Numbered from the stretch's first letter, positions 42,968 to 53,072 are shown. The stretch is DNA of 64,000 bases from Nitrospinaceae bacterium (GCA_029261395.1 JAJDBJ010000080.1:61516-125515), one strand, 5' to 3'. Notes: generated by a model from the letters alone, not told the origin. A program made the numbers and translations.

Positions 42968-45100
42968 TTACAAAGTTAATTGGTCTTCCACGTTGAGTGC
43001 GATTTCTGTCGCCTGTAGTTGTTGCCATAGGGGGATGGGCCAGTCTCCGCCTTTTCCCAGAGTTGCGGCGAAGGCTTCCAGCTCACGTTTGTGTCCCTTG
43101 TCGATCAACTTGCTTGTTACTCCCTTGGCGTTGGTGCCATGAACTTGGAGTTGTTTGTAGTCGTCCAATGACAATACTTTGCCATCTGAATAAATCTCCA
43201 TTTGTTCTTTTGGGAATTTATTAGAACCCAAAGCGGTGTAGGTCAAAGTAGCAACCGACCCATCTTCAAATCCCACTGTAGCCACAAAGTTGTCGCGGGA
43301 GGAGTAATGACCTGTTTTTGGAGCGAGTGAGCGGGATTGTACGGAAACCACCTTGCTGTCGGTGAAGAAAGTGAACAGATCGTAAATGTGACAGGCTTCG
43401 CCCAAGTTGCGCCCCCCGCCTTCTTCCGTTTGAATCCAATGGTCGAGAGCAATGTATCCAGCATTCATCCGGTAGTTGATGATTATCGGGTTCGTTCGAT
43501 TTCCAATCAGCTCTTTGGCGCGTTGGGCAAAAGGAGAAAACCGGCGATTAAACCCGGTCAACAAAACAGGCGCCTGCTGATGGGTTTCATAAAAACTACG
43601 AATCGATTCCAGTTCATCGCGGGTGAGTGCCAGGGGTTTTTCAACCAAGACATGTTTCCCGGCCTGTAACGCTTCGAGTACCATGGAAGCATGTTGATTG
43701 TGGCGTGTGCCGATCAGAATCGCATTTACTTTGGGATCATTCAAAATTTCCTGATAATCCGTGGTGCAGTATTGCGCACCGACCTGTTTGGCCGTGTTCG
43801 AAGCATTACTTCCCGTACGACTGGACACCGCATGAATTTGATAGTGTCGGCTCAGGGCCTGAAGGTTGGGAATGTGCATTCCCTTAACAAATCCTCCCGC
43901 ACCTGCCAGTGCAATATTGATTTTGTCCGATTCCAATGCGCGTGCCGAAGGATTGGGAATGACCCGGTTGGGTTTTGCATCCTCATTGGATTCAGGATAG
44001 GAAAGCAGGACGATCATCGGCTTTTCCTTGTCCTTTTTTAAAGTGTCATAAGCGGTGGCGGCTTGCGAAATCTCAAAAGAGGAATGGATCAACGGTTCGA
44101 CATCTATTTTCCCTTTAGAAATTAAGTTCAGATATTCCGCCATATTCCGGTTTTCAGTCCACCGTACGTAACCGATGGGATAATCCAATCCCTCTTCTTC
44201 GTATTGAGGATCATAGCGTCCGGGGCCGTACGAAGTGGAAATGAAAAAATCCAATTCTTTCGGAAAAATATCCTCGCGTTTAAGGTTCAGTCCAACACAC
44301 CCAACTGCAACCACGCGGCCTTTTTTACGGCACATCTTGAAGGCATTTGAAATGATTTCATCAGAAGGAGAAGCGGCGGTGATGATCACTCCGTCAACGC
44401 CCACTCCATCTGTGAGGCGCAGGATATGTTCATTGTTTTCTTCCGAGGGCAGAGGGAAATCCATTCCAAGGCTTTTGGCGAGTTCTATGCGTGAGAAATC
44501 CAGATCTGCACCTATGACACGGCATCCATTGGCTCTTAACATTTGTGCCGTCAGTTGGCCGAGGATTCCCAGGCCAATCACCGCGAAGGTCTCTCCCAGA
44601 GTCGGTTGTGCGCGTCGCACTCCCTGCAGGGCAATGGCTCCCAGTGTCACTGTACTGGCAACCGGAAGGCTGAGGTCTTTAGGTAAAGGCACGGCCAGGT
44701 TTCGAGGGACACGGATGATCTCGGCGTGATGGGCGCATTGTGCCCCCGCGCAAGCCACGCGGTCTCCGGGATGGATATTGTCGATCCCATGCCCAACCTC
44801 AAGGACGACGCCGGATGCGGAATAGCCAGTAGGGTTTCCCTCGGAAAGTTTTCCCTGAATGACATTGCGGGTATGAGTCAAGCCGCGGGCCGCAGCCATT
44901 TCCAGAGTGGATTTAACGGCTTGAGGATTTTTCAAGGCCCGTTTCCATAACGGTTGGGAAGCGGATTCCAGGCCGCTCATTTCGGTACCCGCTGAGATGC
45001 TGGAAAACTTAACCCGAACCAGAAGTGTTCCGGGCTCTACTTGCGGAGCAGGAATGTCTTCCACGACGACCTGTCCTTGTTTTATCAGGACCTGTTTCAC
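42968..45100 (-). CDS. Bi-domain oxidoreductase (Zn-ADH/MDR domain fused to a Gfo/Idh/MocA domain)
   Basis: N-terminal MDR pattern (SISAGTE, GDRVACAG, VIGLGILG). C-terminal Rossmann IALAGAGGFVKGMHIPN and EKPLA motif. Confidence 0.85.
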   Translation of the reverse strand: MKQVLIKQGQVVVEDIPAPQVEPGTLLVRVKFSSISAGTEMSGLESASQPLWKRALKNPQAVKSTLEMAAARGLTHTRNVIQGKLSEGNPTGYSASGVVLEVGHGIDNIHPGDRVACAGAQCAHHAEIIRVPRNLAVPLPKDLSLPVASTVTLGAIALQGVRRAQPTLGETFAVIGLGILGQLTAQMLRANGCRVIGADLDFSRIELAKSLGMDFPLPSEENNEHILRLTDGVGVDGVIITAASPSDEIISNAFKMCRKKGRVVAVGCVGLNLKREDIFPKELDFFISTSYGPGRYDPQYEEEGLDYPIGYVRWTENRNMAEYLNLISKGKIDVEPLIHSSFEISQAATAYDTLKKDKEKPMIVLLSYPESNEDAKPNRVIPNPSARALESDKINIALAGAGGFVKGMHIPNLQALSRHYQIHAVSSRTGSNASNTAKQVGAQYCTTDYQEILNDPKVNAILIGTRHNQHASMVLEALQAGKHVLVEKPLALTRDELESIRSFYETHQQAPVLLTGFNRRFSPFAQRAKELIGNRTNPIIINYRMNAGYIALDHWIQTEEGGGRNLGEACHIYDLFTFFTDSKVVSVQSRSLAPKTGHYSSRDNFVATVGFEDGSVATLTYTALGSNKFPKEQMEIYSDGKVLSLDDYKQLQVHGTNAKGVTSKLIDKGHKRELEAFAATLGKGGDWPIPLWQQLQATEIALNVEDQLTL

Positions 45101-45148
45101 GTTAACTTTTGGGTAGGAGCAAAAAAGCCTCTAATCGGTCAAAGTGCA

Positions 45149-46135
45149 TTATTGGCTCCATCCTGAAGAAAGTTTAATTTGCTGGGAAACATAAATGCTA
45201 TCGTCTTTTTTGACCAGGTGAATATTGGTATGGGTCAAAGAACTGATAATCTGCTGAATATTCCCCGAGGGTTTGCTTTGCGGATCCTCGATCAAAAAGG
45301 GTCTCATTTGATCAATCGAATCCCGTACAGCATCGCTCTCGATTAGATATCCGAGGAATTTGACGTCGACATCCAGATATTTTTTAGCCAGTTTCAACAG
45401 GTTGTCGCCCATCAGAATATCTTTTTGTCTGCGTACTCGATTGATGACCAGGCCCGGCTGGAATTCCCGGATAATCTCGTTGACTCGGTCCAGTTGTTGC
45501 GGGTGAATTTCTTCCACTTTTTCGCGGAGGGATTCGATCTCAAAACAATCCTCTGACATGCCCGGATTTTTGGAAAGATCGATCAGGTGTTGAAGATCGG
45601 AGCTGCTTTTGAATTCCTGGCTGATTCTTCGAAACAAGGCGGCTTTGATGAAACTGAAAGACTTCATGATTGAAGTCATCTCGGGGGTAGACACCACGAC
45701 GTTTTCCCCACCGATGTTGAAGTAATCAATGATATGGAAATTGGTGCCGGGACCCAGGTCCATTAAAATATGATCGGCATCGAGGTTGTTGATACAGGAA
45801 ATAACCTTGTTTTGGTTTTTGACACTAATGTCAGCACTTCCCGGCATATCCCCGGCGCCACTCAAGAATTTGAGGTTGGGGATACCTGTATCAAGTAGTA
45901 ACGCCTCTTCCCCGTTGGAACCCAGACCGCTACGATCAAAGTATTCCCGAAAGCCGTACTTGGGTGAGCTGATTCCCAAAAGAGCGTGCAAGCTGGAGGC
46001 GCCAAAATCGGCGTCTACGAGAATAACCCGTTGGCCGCTCAAGGCAAGGGTGACTGCCATATTCGCGCAGACCACGCTTTTACCGACGCCGCCTTTTCCT
46101 CCACCTACTGCGATTATTTTATTTTTTAAGCTCAT
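45149..46135 (-). CDS. ParA/MinD-family P-loop ATPase with a C-terminal extension
   Basis: Deviant Walker A with signature lysine (IIAVGGGKGGVGKS), VILVDAD, Walker B ILMDLGPG. 328 aa. No C-terminal tyrosine cluster, so not a BY-kinase. Confidence 0.85.
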   Translation of the reverse strand: MSLKNKIIAVGGGKGGVGKSVVCANMAVTLALSGQRVILVDADFGASSLHALLGISSPKYGFREYFDRSGLGSNGEEALLLDTGIPNLKFLSGAGDMPGSADISVKNQNKVISCINNLDADHILMDLGPGTNFHIIDYFNIGGENVVVSTPEMTSIMKSFSFIKAALFRRISQEFKSSSDLQHLIDLSKNPGMSEDCFEIESLREKVEEIHPQQLDRVNEIIREFQPGLVINRVRRQKDILMGDNLLKLAKKYLDVDVKFLGYLIESDAVRDSIDQMRPFLIEDPQSKPSGNIQQIISSLTHTNIHLVKKDDSIYVSQQIKLSSGWSQ

Positions 46136-47529
46136 TCTCTATTTTTTCTCTGGGTGGCCGTAAATAGAAATGAATCCAGTTCTTCCAGGGAAACTTCTTT
46201 TTTGTCTGAGGGATTACTAATCGTTCCCTCCAAATCAGGAACTAAACCCTGAGTGCGATCTTTTCGCATACTCCCGTTAATTGGTTTTTCAGCGGGTGTC
46301 AGCTCACCGGGTATAGATACCCATTGGTTTTCCAGATCAACCTGTAAATCATTGAGCCTGGCAATCATCGCATCCATCATATCGTCGGGCAATTTCTCGC
46401 CAGCCACCGGATCTGCCGTTTCTAATGCCTCCGGTTCAAGGTATTTGAGATCAAGCAGAAACGGTTTGGGTTTTACCCTTTCAGGAGCAGTCTCCCTGTC
46501 TTGTCGCTGAGGAGGCACCGCAGTTACCTCAGGCTCGGTTTTCTGAGCTTTCCCGATCTTGACAGAGGGCACCTTAGCTTTCTTCTGTCCAGTCGCCTTT
46601 TGGTCTCTATCCTTATGAGAAGCTATTGGGGCTTTTATTTCAACTGTTTTTGGCTTGGATTCCAGAATTTTTATCTCTAGTTTTGGAGAATCCGCCTTGG
46701 CCTTTACGTGTTTTTTCGGTTTGGAGTTCTTTATCTCTTCGGACTTTGGGGCAATGTTCTTTACTTTCGGGCGCTGTTTTTCTTTTTGGGGAGGCTTTTG
46801 AGATGTTTCAACCTCTGCTGGATGCTTCGCTTTTGGGAACGCTTTAAAGGTCGGGATACTTTTAGGTTTCTCAGCCGCAGGGGGAATATCCATGATTAAT
46901 CCTGGGATTTCGGCTTCGACCCAGTTGTTATCGGACTCTTCGTTCTCGGGCTCGCTGACGGGTGGTCCTGCCTGTTTGGATTTCTGGTCTTGAGCCGCGC
47001 TTTTGTTTTTTAAAGATTCAGCGGAAGCTTTTGTCAAGGCCTCCTTGCTCTCGCCCAGAGGAATAGGTGATCCCTGTTTAATCAATTTGATTTTTTTCTT
47101 GGGGGTCAGAGGGAAATCTGTCTCCTCAGTATGGGAAATAGGGATCCCTTCTTTCACAACTTTTACCGGCGTCTCCTCTTTTTCTTTTGCAGGAAGTGGT
47201 GGGGTGCTCTCATCTCCTTGTGTTTGCTGGGAAGAGGGCAGACCTTCCAGGAAGTAGGTGAAGGAGCTGTTTTTAGGAGAGACAGGTTTCTCTTGGTGGG
47301 GATCGCTCTCAGTGGGTTCCTCCTTAGCAGAAGTTCTCACTTCCTCTTCTTCAAATCGCTCTACCATTCTATCCAATGCCGTCTTCTCTTTTTGGGACAG
47401 GATGTGGCGAAGGGCGAGGGGGAGGATAGCGAGGAACAGGAGTATAACCGCTAATAATAAGGGGTTTCCTAAAATCGGATTGGAGGCTTGCGCTTGTAGG
47501 AGGGCGGTTTCTGAATTCGAATATTCCAT
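46132..47529 (-). CDS. Membrane-anchored, Lys/Pro/Glu-rich low-complexity protein of unknown function
   Basis: Start placed at the ATG at 47529 (MEYSNSE); the listed ORF starts at 47610. One TM helix (LLLAVILLFLAILPLAL), then about 330 aa of K/P/E/S-rich sequence. Its stop overlaps the ATPase start by 4 nt. Confidence 0.6.
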   Translation of the reverse strand: MEYSNSETALLQAQASNPILGNPLLLAVILLFLAILPLALRHILSQKEKTALDRMVERFEEEEVRTSAKEEPTESDPHQEKPVSPKNSSFTYFLEGLPSSQQTQGDESTPPLPAKEKEETPVKVVKEGIPISHTEETDFPLTPKKKIKLIKQGSPIPLGESKEALTKASAESLKNKSAAQDQKSKQAGPPVSEPENEESDNNWVEAEIPGLIMDIPPAAEKPKSIPTFKAFPKAKHPAEVETSQKPPQKEKQRPKVKNIAPKSEEIKNSKPKKHVKAKADSPKLEIKILESKPKTVEIKAPIASHKDRDQKATGQKKAKVPSVKIGKAQKTEPEVTAVPPQRQDRETAPERVKPKPFLLDLKYLEPEALETADPVAGEKLPDDMMDAMIARLNDLQVDLENQWVSIPGELTPAEKPINGSMRKDRTQGLVPDLEGTISNPSDKKEVSLEELDSFLFTATQRKNRE

Positions 47530-48003
47530 AATGATAAAAGTCTCCGAACAATTTAATTGCCCAGCGTGTTTCGGTGGAAAAACTGTCGCTACAAGCCGTG
47601 GGTAACCCAAAAGACTGAGTTGGTTGGCGCAAATACTGAAACTTCAGTAATATAGATACGAAAGCCCTTTGTTTATATTAACATACTATGTATAAGGAAC
47701 TGAAACATATTAGCCGGAGCGGACTTTTAAGCAGGCGTGAACGGACGATTAAGAGTGATTTGGAATCTCGCCGCTCGCCTGAAGCAAAAGGGGTTCAAGC
47801 TATGCATCTTGACTGAAAGGCAGGAAGTTTAAGGAGTGCAGAGATATTGCGTTATGAAAAAACAACAAATTAAGATAAAATTTCAAACGTGGATGTAAGA
47901 AAGTTTTTTGGGTTGCAGGATGTCCCTTTCCTGTCTCTCAACATCTTTCCGTGCCCGTTTTGAAATTCCCCCTTTTAAATATGCAATCGAGATTATGGTT
48001 TAA

Positions 48004-48648
48004 ATGGAAATTGTTGTTTATTTAGTTCCTATTATTTTGATTTCTCTGACCATTCACGAGTACTCGCATGGCATGATGGCCCACTTGCTGGGGGACGATA
48101 CCGCCAAAAATCAGGGACGGTTGACCTTTAATCCTCTGAAGCATTTAGATCCGATGGGAGTGGTCTTCTTCCTGATTATGCATGTCGGCTGGGCCAAGCC
48201 GGTTCCGGTGGACCCCCGAAACTTGAAGGATGCTCACCGGGATATGCTGTTTATAGCGGCGGCGGGTCCGGCATCCAACCTGACGCTGGCTTTGGTCCTG
48301 GCGTTTATCTTGAGTTTAATGAGTCCCTGGGGGCCGGTGGAACAGATGTCCTCTGTGCAGTATCATGCTATTAATTTTCTGGGTTTGGGAATTTACTGTA
48401 ATGTAGGCTTGGTTGTGCTGAATATGCTTCCGGTATTTCCTCTGGATGGGTCGAGTGTGTTGAAGGGGCTGGTTCCCCGCCGAGTGGCTCTCAAACTGGA
48501 TGGATTGGACAAGTATTGTGGAATCGCTCTGTTGGTCGCTGTTCTATTGGATAATTTTGCCGGGACCCGTATTTTGGGCACCATTCTTGGACTCCCTATA
48601 GAGTTTATGGTAAAGTTCATTACCCAGGAAATTTTCCCCGTGAAATAG
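48004..48648 (+). CDS. Site-2 protease family (M50) membrane metalloprotease
   Basis: HEYSHGMMA (HExxH) and NMLPVFPLDGS (NxxPxxxxDG). Confidence 0.88.
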   Translation: MEIVVYLVPIILISLTIHEYSHGMMAHLLGDDTAKNQGRLTFNPLKHLDPMGVVFFLIMHVGWAKPVPVDPRNLKDAHRDMLFIAAAGPASNLTLALVLAFILSLMSPWGPVEQMSSVQYHAINFLGLGIYCNVGLVVLNMLPVFPLDGSSVLKGLVPRRVALKLDGLDKYCGIALLVAVLLDNFAGTRILGTILGLPIEFMVKFITQEIFPVK

Positions 48649-48687
48649 AACTTCCTTTGTAAACTCACTATTTTAAATACTTTTAAT

Positions 48688-49674
48688 ATGGCTAAAAAGA
48701 GAATTTTGAGCGGAATGCAGCCTTCCGGCCTTCTGCATTTGGGGAACTACTACGGGGCGCTGAAGAACTGGATCGAACTGCAGGAGCAGTTTGAATGCTT
48801 CTACTTTATCGCTGACTGGCATTCGCTGACCACCCTGTATGAAGACCCCAGCCATATCAAAAAATTCTCCTTTGAGGTGGCGGTCGACTGGCTCGCCGCC
48901 GGGCTGGACCCGGAGAAAAGCACTCTATTTGTTCAGTCCCGCATACCCGAACATGCCGAACTGCATCTGATTTTGTCCATGGTCGTGCCCGTTCCCTGGC
49001 TGGAACGCAACCCGACCTACAAGGAAAAGCAGGTGGAGGTGAAGAGCGTCGACATGAGCTCTTACGGGTTTCTGGGCTACCCGGTTCTGCAGACGTCGGA
49101 TATCGTGTTGTACGATGCCGATTATGTACCGGTCGGGATCGATCAGGCCCCGCACCTGGAAATATCGCGGGAGATTGTGCGACGCTTTAACGGACTTTAC
49201 AAGAAGAAGGTCTTCAAGGAACCACAGTCCAAAATCTCCGAAATCCCCAAGCTCAATGGAGTCGATGGCCGAAAGATGAGCAAAAGCTACAACAACGCCA
49301 TCTATCTGTCCGACAGCGAAAAAGATATCACCAAAAAGGTGAAGTCCATGTTGACCGACCCGGCGCGGGGATTGCGCACGGACCCCGGGGACCCGGATGT
49401 CTGCAATCTATTTCCGTTTCATAAGCTGTACTCGCCGCCGGAGATGCAGAAGGAGATCGACCGTGATTGCCGGACTGCCGCCATCGGCTGTGGCGACTGC
49501 AAAATGAAACTGGTCGGTACCATGCTCGAAGGATTGAAGCCTCATATGGAACGCCGGAGAGAGATTGCGGCCAAGCCCAAGGTGGTGGAGGAGATCCTGG
49601 AAGAGGGCACTCGCAAAGCTCAAAAGGTGGCCACGGCTACCATGGACCGCGCCAAACAAGCCATGAAATTTTAA
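48688..49674 (+). CDS. trpS: Tryptophan--tRNA ligase
   Basis: SGMQPSG, HLGNYYG (HIGH-type), KMSKS. Confidence 0.96.
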   Translation: MAKKRILSGMQPSGLLHLGNYYGALKNWIELQEQFECFYFIADWHSLTTLYEDPSHIKKFSFEVAVDWLAAGLDPEKSTLFVQSRIPEHAELHLILSMVVPVPWLERNPTYKEKQVEVKSVDMSSYGFLGYPVLQTSDIVLYDADYVPVGIDQAPHLEISREIVRRFNGLYKKKVFKEPQSKISEIPKLNGVDGRKMSKSYNNAIYLSDSEKDITKKVKSMLTDPARGLRTDPGDPDVCNLFPFHKLYSPPEMQKEIDRDCRTAAIGCGDCKMKLVGTMLEGLKPHMERRREIAAKPKVVEEILEEGTRKAQKVATATMDRAKQAMKF

Positions 49675-49718
49675 GATATCATATTAATAAGATACTCTAA
49701 TAAAGTGTGTACAACTGT

Positions 49719-52514
49719 ATGGAATATAAAGGAACATTGAACTTGCCTTTGACGGATTTTCCGATGAAGGCGAATCTGACCAAGAAGGAACCGGAAGCGC
49801 TTAAGCGGTGGGAAGCGGAGGATTTGTACGGACAAATCCGCAAGGAGAAGAAGGGTAAACCTCTGTATGTTTTTCATGATGGCCCGCCTTATGCCAACGG
49901 CCATATCCACATGGGGCATGCCCTGAACAAGCTTCTCAAGGATTTTGTGGTCAAAATCCAAAACATGAAGGGGTACGACGCCAGCTTCGTGCCGGGGTGG
50001 GATTGCCATGGTTTGCCGATCGAACATCAGGTAGGCAAAGAGCTGAAAAAGCAGAAAAAGGATTTCAGCAAAAGTGAAGTCCGCAAGCTCTGTCGGGAGT
50101 ATGCCGCCAATTTTGTCGATATCCAAAAGGAAGAGTTCAAACGGCTGGGGGTATTCGCCAGCTGGGACAAGCCCTACCTCACTATGGACTTTTCCTACGA
50201 GGCGACCATTGTCCGCGAATTTGCCAAATTTATCGAGCAGGGTATGGTGTACAAGGGGCTCAAGCCCGTTCACTGGTGCACCACCTGCCGGACCGCTCTG
50301 GCGGAAGCGGAAGTAGAGCACGAGAATCACCGTTCCCCGTCCATCTTTGTGAAGTTCTCCGTCAAGTCCAACTGGAACGATCAGATCAAGGGGCTCAATC
50401 CATCCAAAACGCATTTTGTCATCTGGACCACCACTCCCTGGACGTTGCCCGCCAACCTGGCCATCTGCCTGCATCCTGATTTTGAGTACACGGCGGTGTC
50501 GCACAATGGAGAATATTGGATTCTGGCCAAGGAGCTTGCTTCAGGATTGATCGAGGAATGGGGCCTTAAAGATGCGAAAACACTAGGAATATGTTCCGGT
50601 AAGGATTTGGAGGGTGTGGTCTGCCGGCACCCGTTTATCGACCGGGAATCGCCAGTGATTCTGGGGGATCATGTCACGCTGGAGCAGGGGACCGGATGCG
50701 TGCATACGGCACCGGGGCATGGACAGGAGGACTATATCGTCGGACAGAAATACGGACTGGAAACATACAACCCGGTGGATGACGCAGGCGTGTTCAAACC
50801 TGACGTCGAATATTTTGCCGGTCAGTTCGTGACCAAGGCGAACCCGAATATCATAAAAAAACTGGAGGACGATGGGTTCCTGGTAGCCGCCAGCGAAGTA
50901 GAACATTCCTATCCGCATTGCTGGCGCTGTCACAAGCCGATCATTTTTCGGGCGACCGCGCAATGGTTTATCCCGATGGACAAGGGGGGATTGCGGGCCA
51001 ATGCCTTGGAAGCCATCGACAAGACCCGTTGGGTTCCACCCTGGGGCCGAGAGCGGATTTACAGCATGGTCGAGAACCGGCCGGACTGGTGCGTGTCGCG
51101 TCAACGCGCCTGGGGAGTTCCCATTACGGTATTGACCTGCAAACAATGCGAAGAGCCGATGACTTCTCCGGAAGTGATGTCGCACATTGTAAAACTTGTG
51201 GAACAGCACGGTGCGGATTTCTGGTTTGAAAAGAAACCTGAAGAATTATTGCCTGCCGGTTTTAAATGCTCCTGCGGAGGCAACACCTTTATCAAGGAAA
51301 TGGATATTCTTGATGTCTGGTTTGACTCTGGTGTCAGCCATGCCGCCGTTCTGGAAAACGATCCCGATATGCGGTGGCCGGCTGACTTGTACCTCGAAGG
51401 CAGTGATCAGCATCGGGGATGGTTTCACAGCTCCTTGCTGGAGTCGGTGGGTACCCGATCCGCCGCGCCCTTTAAAACGGTACTCACTCATGGGTACGTG
51501 GTTGATGGCAAAGGCAAGAAGATGGCGAAGTCAAAGGGCAACGTCATCGCCCCGCAAAAAATCATCGATCAATACGGTGCCGAAGTGTTGCGGCTGTGGG
51601 TGGCCTCGGAAAATTACCGGGAGGACATTCGTATTTCGGATGAAATTTTAAAGCGCCTGACCGAAGCCTATCGCAAAATCCGGAATACCTTTCGATTTTT
51701 GCTCGGCAATTTGAGTGACTTTGATCCCAAATCGGACGCTGTGCCTGTAGACGAGTTGGATGAAATCGATCGTTACATTCTTTACCGGTTTCGTACCGTG
51801 TCTGAAAAAATTCTGAAAGCGTTTGATGATTTTGAGTTTCACGTCTTCTACCATTCTTTTTATAATTTTTGCATTGTCGACTTGAGTGCGTTTTATCTGG
51901 ATATCGTGAAGGATCGTTTGTACACGTATCCCAAGAACTCTAAAGGACGGCGGTCGAGTCAAACCGCAATGTATGAATTGCTGAAGGGGATGGCACAATT
52001 GATGGCACCGATTCTCAGTTTTACCTCTGAGGAAGTCTGGTCTTTCATCCCTTCGAAAGGGAACGAAACTTCCAGTGTGCATTTGAGTGAGTTCCCGGAT
52101 TTATCTCGGGTGTCTTTTTCGGACGATCTGGCGGATAAGTGGGAAAAGATCAGCCAGTTGAAAGGGGAGGTCAGTAAGGCTCTCGAATTGCAGAGACGGG
52201 AAAAAGTGATCGGTCATTCTCTCGACGCCCTGGTCCGCCTGGAGTTGCCAAAAGAGTTGAAGGCAGTTTTGGAGTCGGAGCAGGATCAATTGAAGTTTAT
52301 TTTTATTGTTTCCGGAGTTGAAATTGTAGGTACACTGAAAGACGAGACGAAAGTGTATGCCAGTGAGTCCATAGAGGGCGTCAAAGTTGCGGTTCATTCG
52401 GCTCCGGGAAAGAAATGCGAGCGGTGTTGGAATTATTTTGTAGAGGAGTCAACACCCGAACATCCTGAGATCTGTCTTCGTTGCGTGAAAAACCTTGAGT
52501 CTACAGAGGCCTGA
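49719..52514 (+). CDS. ileS: Isoleucine--tRNA ligase (type 1, C-terminal zinc finger)
   Basis: Start set at the ATG at 49719 (MEYKGTLNLPLTDFPMKANL, collinear with the E. coli IleS N-terminus). HMGH, KMAKS, CERCWNY...CLRC. Confidence 0.97.
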   Translation: MEYKGTLNLPLTDFPMKANLTKKEPEALKRWEAEDLYGQIRKEKKGKPLYVFHDGPPYANGHIHMGHALNKLLKDFVVKIQNMKGYDASFVPGWDCHGLPIEHQVGKELKKQKKDFSKSEVRKLCREYAANFVDIQKEEFKRLGVFASWDKPYLTMDFSYEATIVREFAKFIEQGMVYKGLKPVHWCTTCRTALAEAEVEHENHRSPSIFVKFSVKSNWNDQIKGLNPSKTHFVIWTTTPWTLPANLAICLHPDFEYTAVSHNGEYWILAKELASGLIEEWGLKDAKTLGICSGKDLEGVVCRHPFIDRESPVILGDHVTLEQGTGCVHTAPGHGQEDYIVGQKYGLETYNPVDDAGVFKPDVEYFAGQFVTKANPNIIKKLEDDGFLVAASEVEHSYPHCWRCHKPIIFRATAQWFIPMDKGGLRANALEAIDKTRWVPPWGRERIYSMVENRPDWCVSRQRAWGVPITVLTCKQCEEPMTSPEVMSHIVKLVEQHGADFWFEKKPEELLPAGFKCSCGGNTFIKEMDILDVWFDSGVSHAAVLENDPDMRWPADLYLEGSDQHRGWFHSSLLESVGTRSAAPFKTVLTHGYVVDGKGKKMAKSKGNVIAPQKIIDQYGAEVLRLWVASENYREDIRISDEILKRLTEAYRKIRNTFRFLLGNLSDFDPKSDAVPVDELDEIDRYILYRFRTVSEKILKAFDDFEFHVFYHSFYNFCIVDLSAFYLDIVKDRLYTYPKNSKGRRSSQTAMYELLKGMAQLMAPILSFTSEEVWSFIPSKGNETSSVHLSEFPDLSRVSFSDDLADKWEKISQLKGEVSKALELQRREKVIGHSLDALVRLELPKELKAVLESEQDQLKFIFIVSGVEIVGTLKDETKVYASESIEGVKVAVHSAPGKKCERCWNYFVEESTPEHPEICLRCVKNLESTEA

Positions 52515-52520
52515 ATCATT

Positions 52521-53039
52521 TTGAGCAACCGCTATCTTCAACTATTCTTGGCTTCCAATATTCTGATCATTCTGGATCAGTACACCAAAATGTGGGTGAA
52601 TACCCATATTCCGAAACATCGTTTTATAATGGTGATCGATGAATTTTTCGCGATCACTCATATTCGCAATCCCGGAGTGGCATTCGGGTTGGGTGCGGAC
52701 TGGTCGTCCGAGTACAAGACCTATATGTTCATCGGGTTTTCGATCATCGCCATTATTGCTATTCTGATATTCTTTCATCAAACGCCGCCGGAAAATAAAC
52801 TGGTTCGGGTTGGGTTGATCCTGATTTTCAGCGGAGCCATCGGCAACATGATCGACCGGATTCTGTATCAGGAAGTGATCGACTTCCTCGATTTTTTTGT
52901 AGGCAGTTATCATTGGCCTGCATTCAATGTCGCCGACTCCTGTATCACGGTTGGAGTATTATTGATGTTCGTGGATTTGATTCAGGCTGGAAGAGCGCCT
53001 CAAGTCGAGGATTCTTCCGATACACCAGAAAGCGTCTGA
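52521..53039 (+). CDS. lspA: Lipoprotein signal peptidase (signal peptidase II)
   Basis: IRNPGVAFG, GNMIDR, FNVADS. TTG start 6 nt after the ileS stop. Confidence 0.9.
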   Translation: MSNRYLQLFLASNILIILDQYTKMWVNTHIPKHRFIMVIDEFFAITHIRNPGVAFGLGADWSSEYKTYMFIGFSIIAIIAILIFFHQTPPENKLVRVGLILIFSGAIGNMIDRILYQEVIDFLDFFVGSYHWPAFNVADSCITVGVLLMFVDLIQAGRAPQVEDSSDTPESV

Positions 53040-53072
53040 AACTTCGTTTAAGCCCTGAACCAAGGTTGAACC

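Noticed and set aside
46132-47529. Lys/Pro-rich coding region as a possible DNA tandem repeat or CRISPR-like array
   Set aside because: The repetitiveness is compositional (KPK-type low complexity). I could find no regular nucleotide repeat unit or spacer periodicity.
47854-47898. 14-codon mini-ORF (MKKQQIKIKFQTWM) in the 474-nt divergent region upstream of the S2P protease gene
   Set aside because: AAGGAG lies about 18 nt upstream, which is too far. The ORF is too short to evaluate, and I saw no attenuator-like structure.
49671-50504. 277-aa minus-strand ORF inside ileS
   Set aside because: It lies antisense to an unambiguous ileS. No RBS or motif found. This is a typical shadow ORF.
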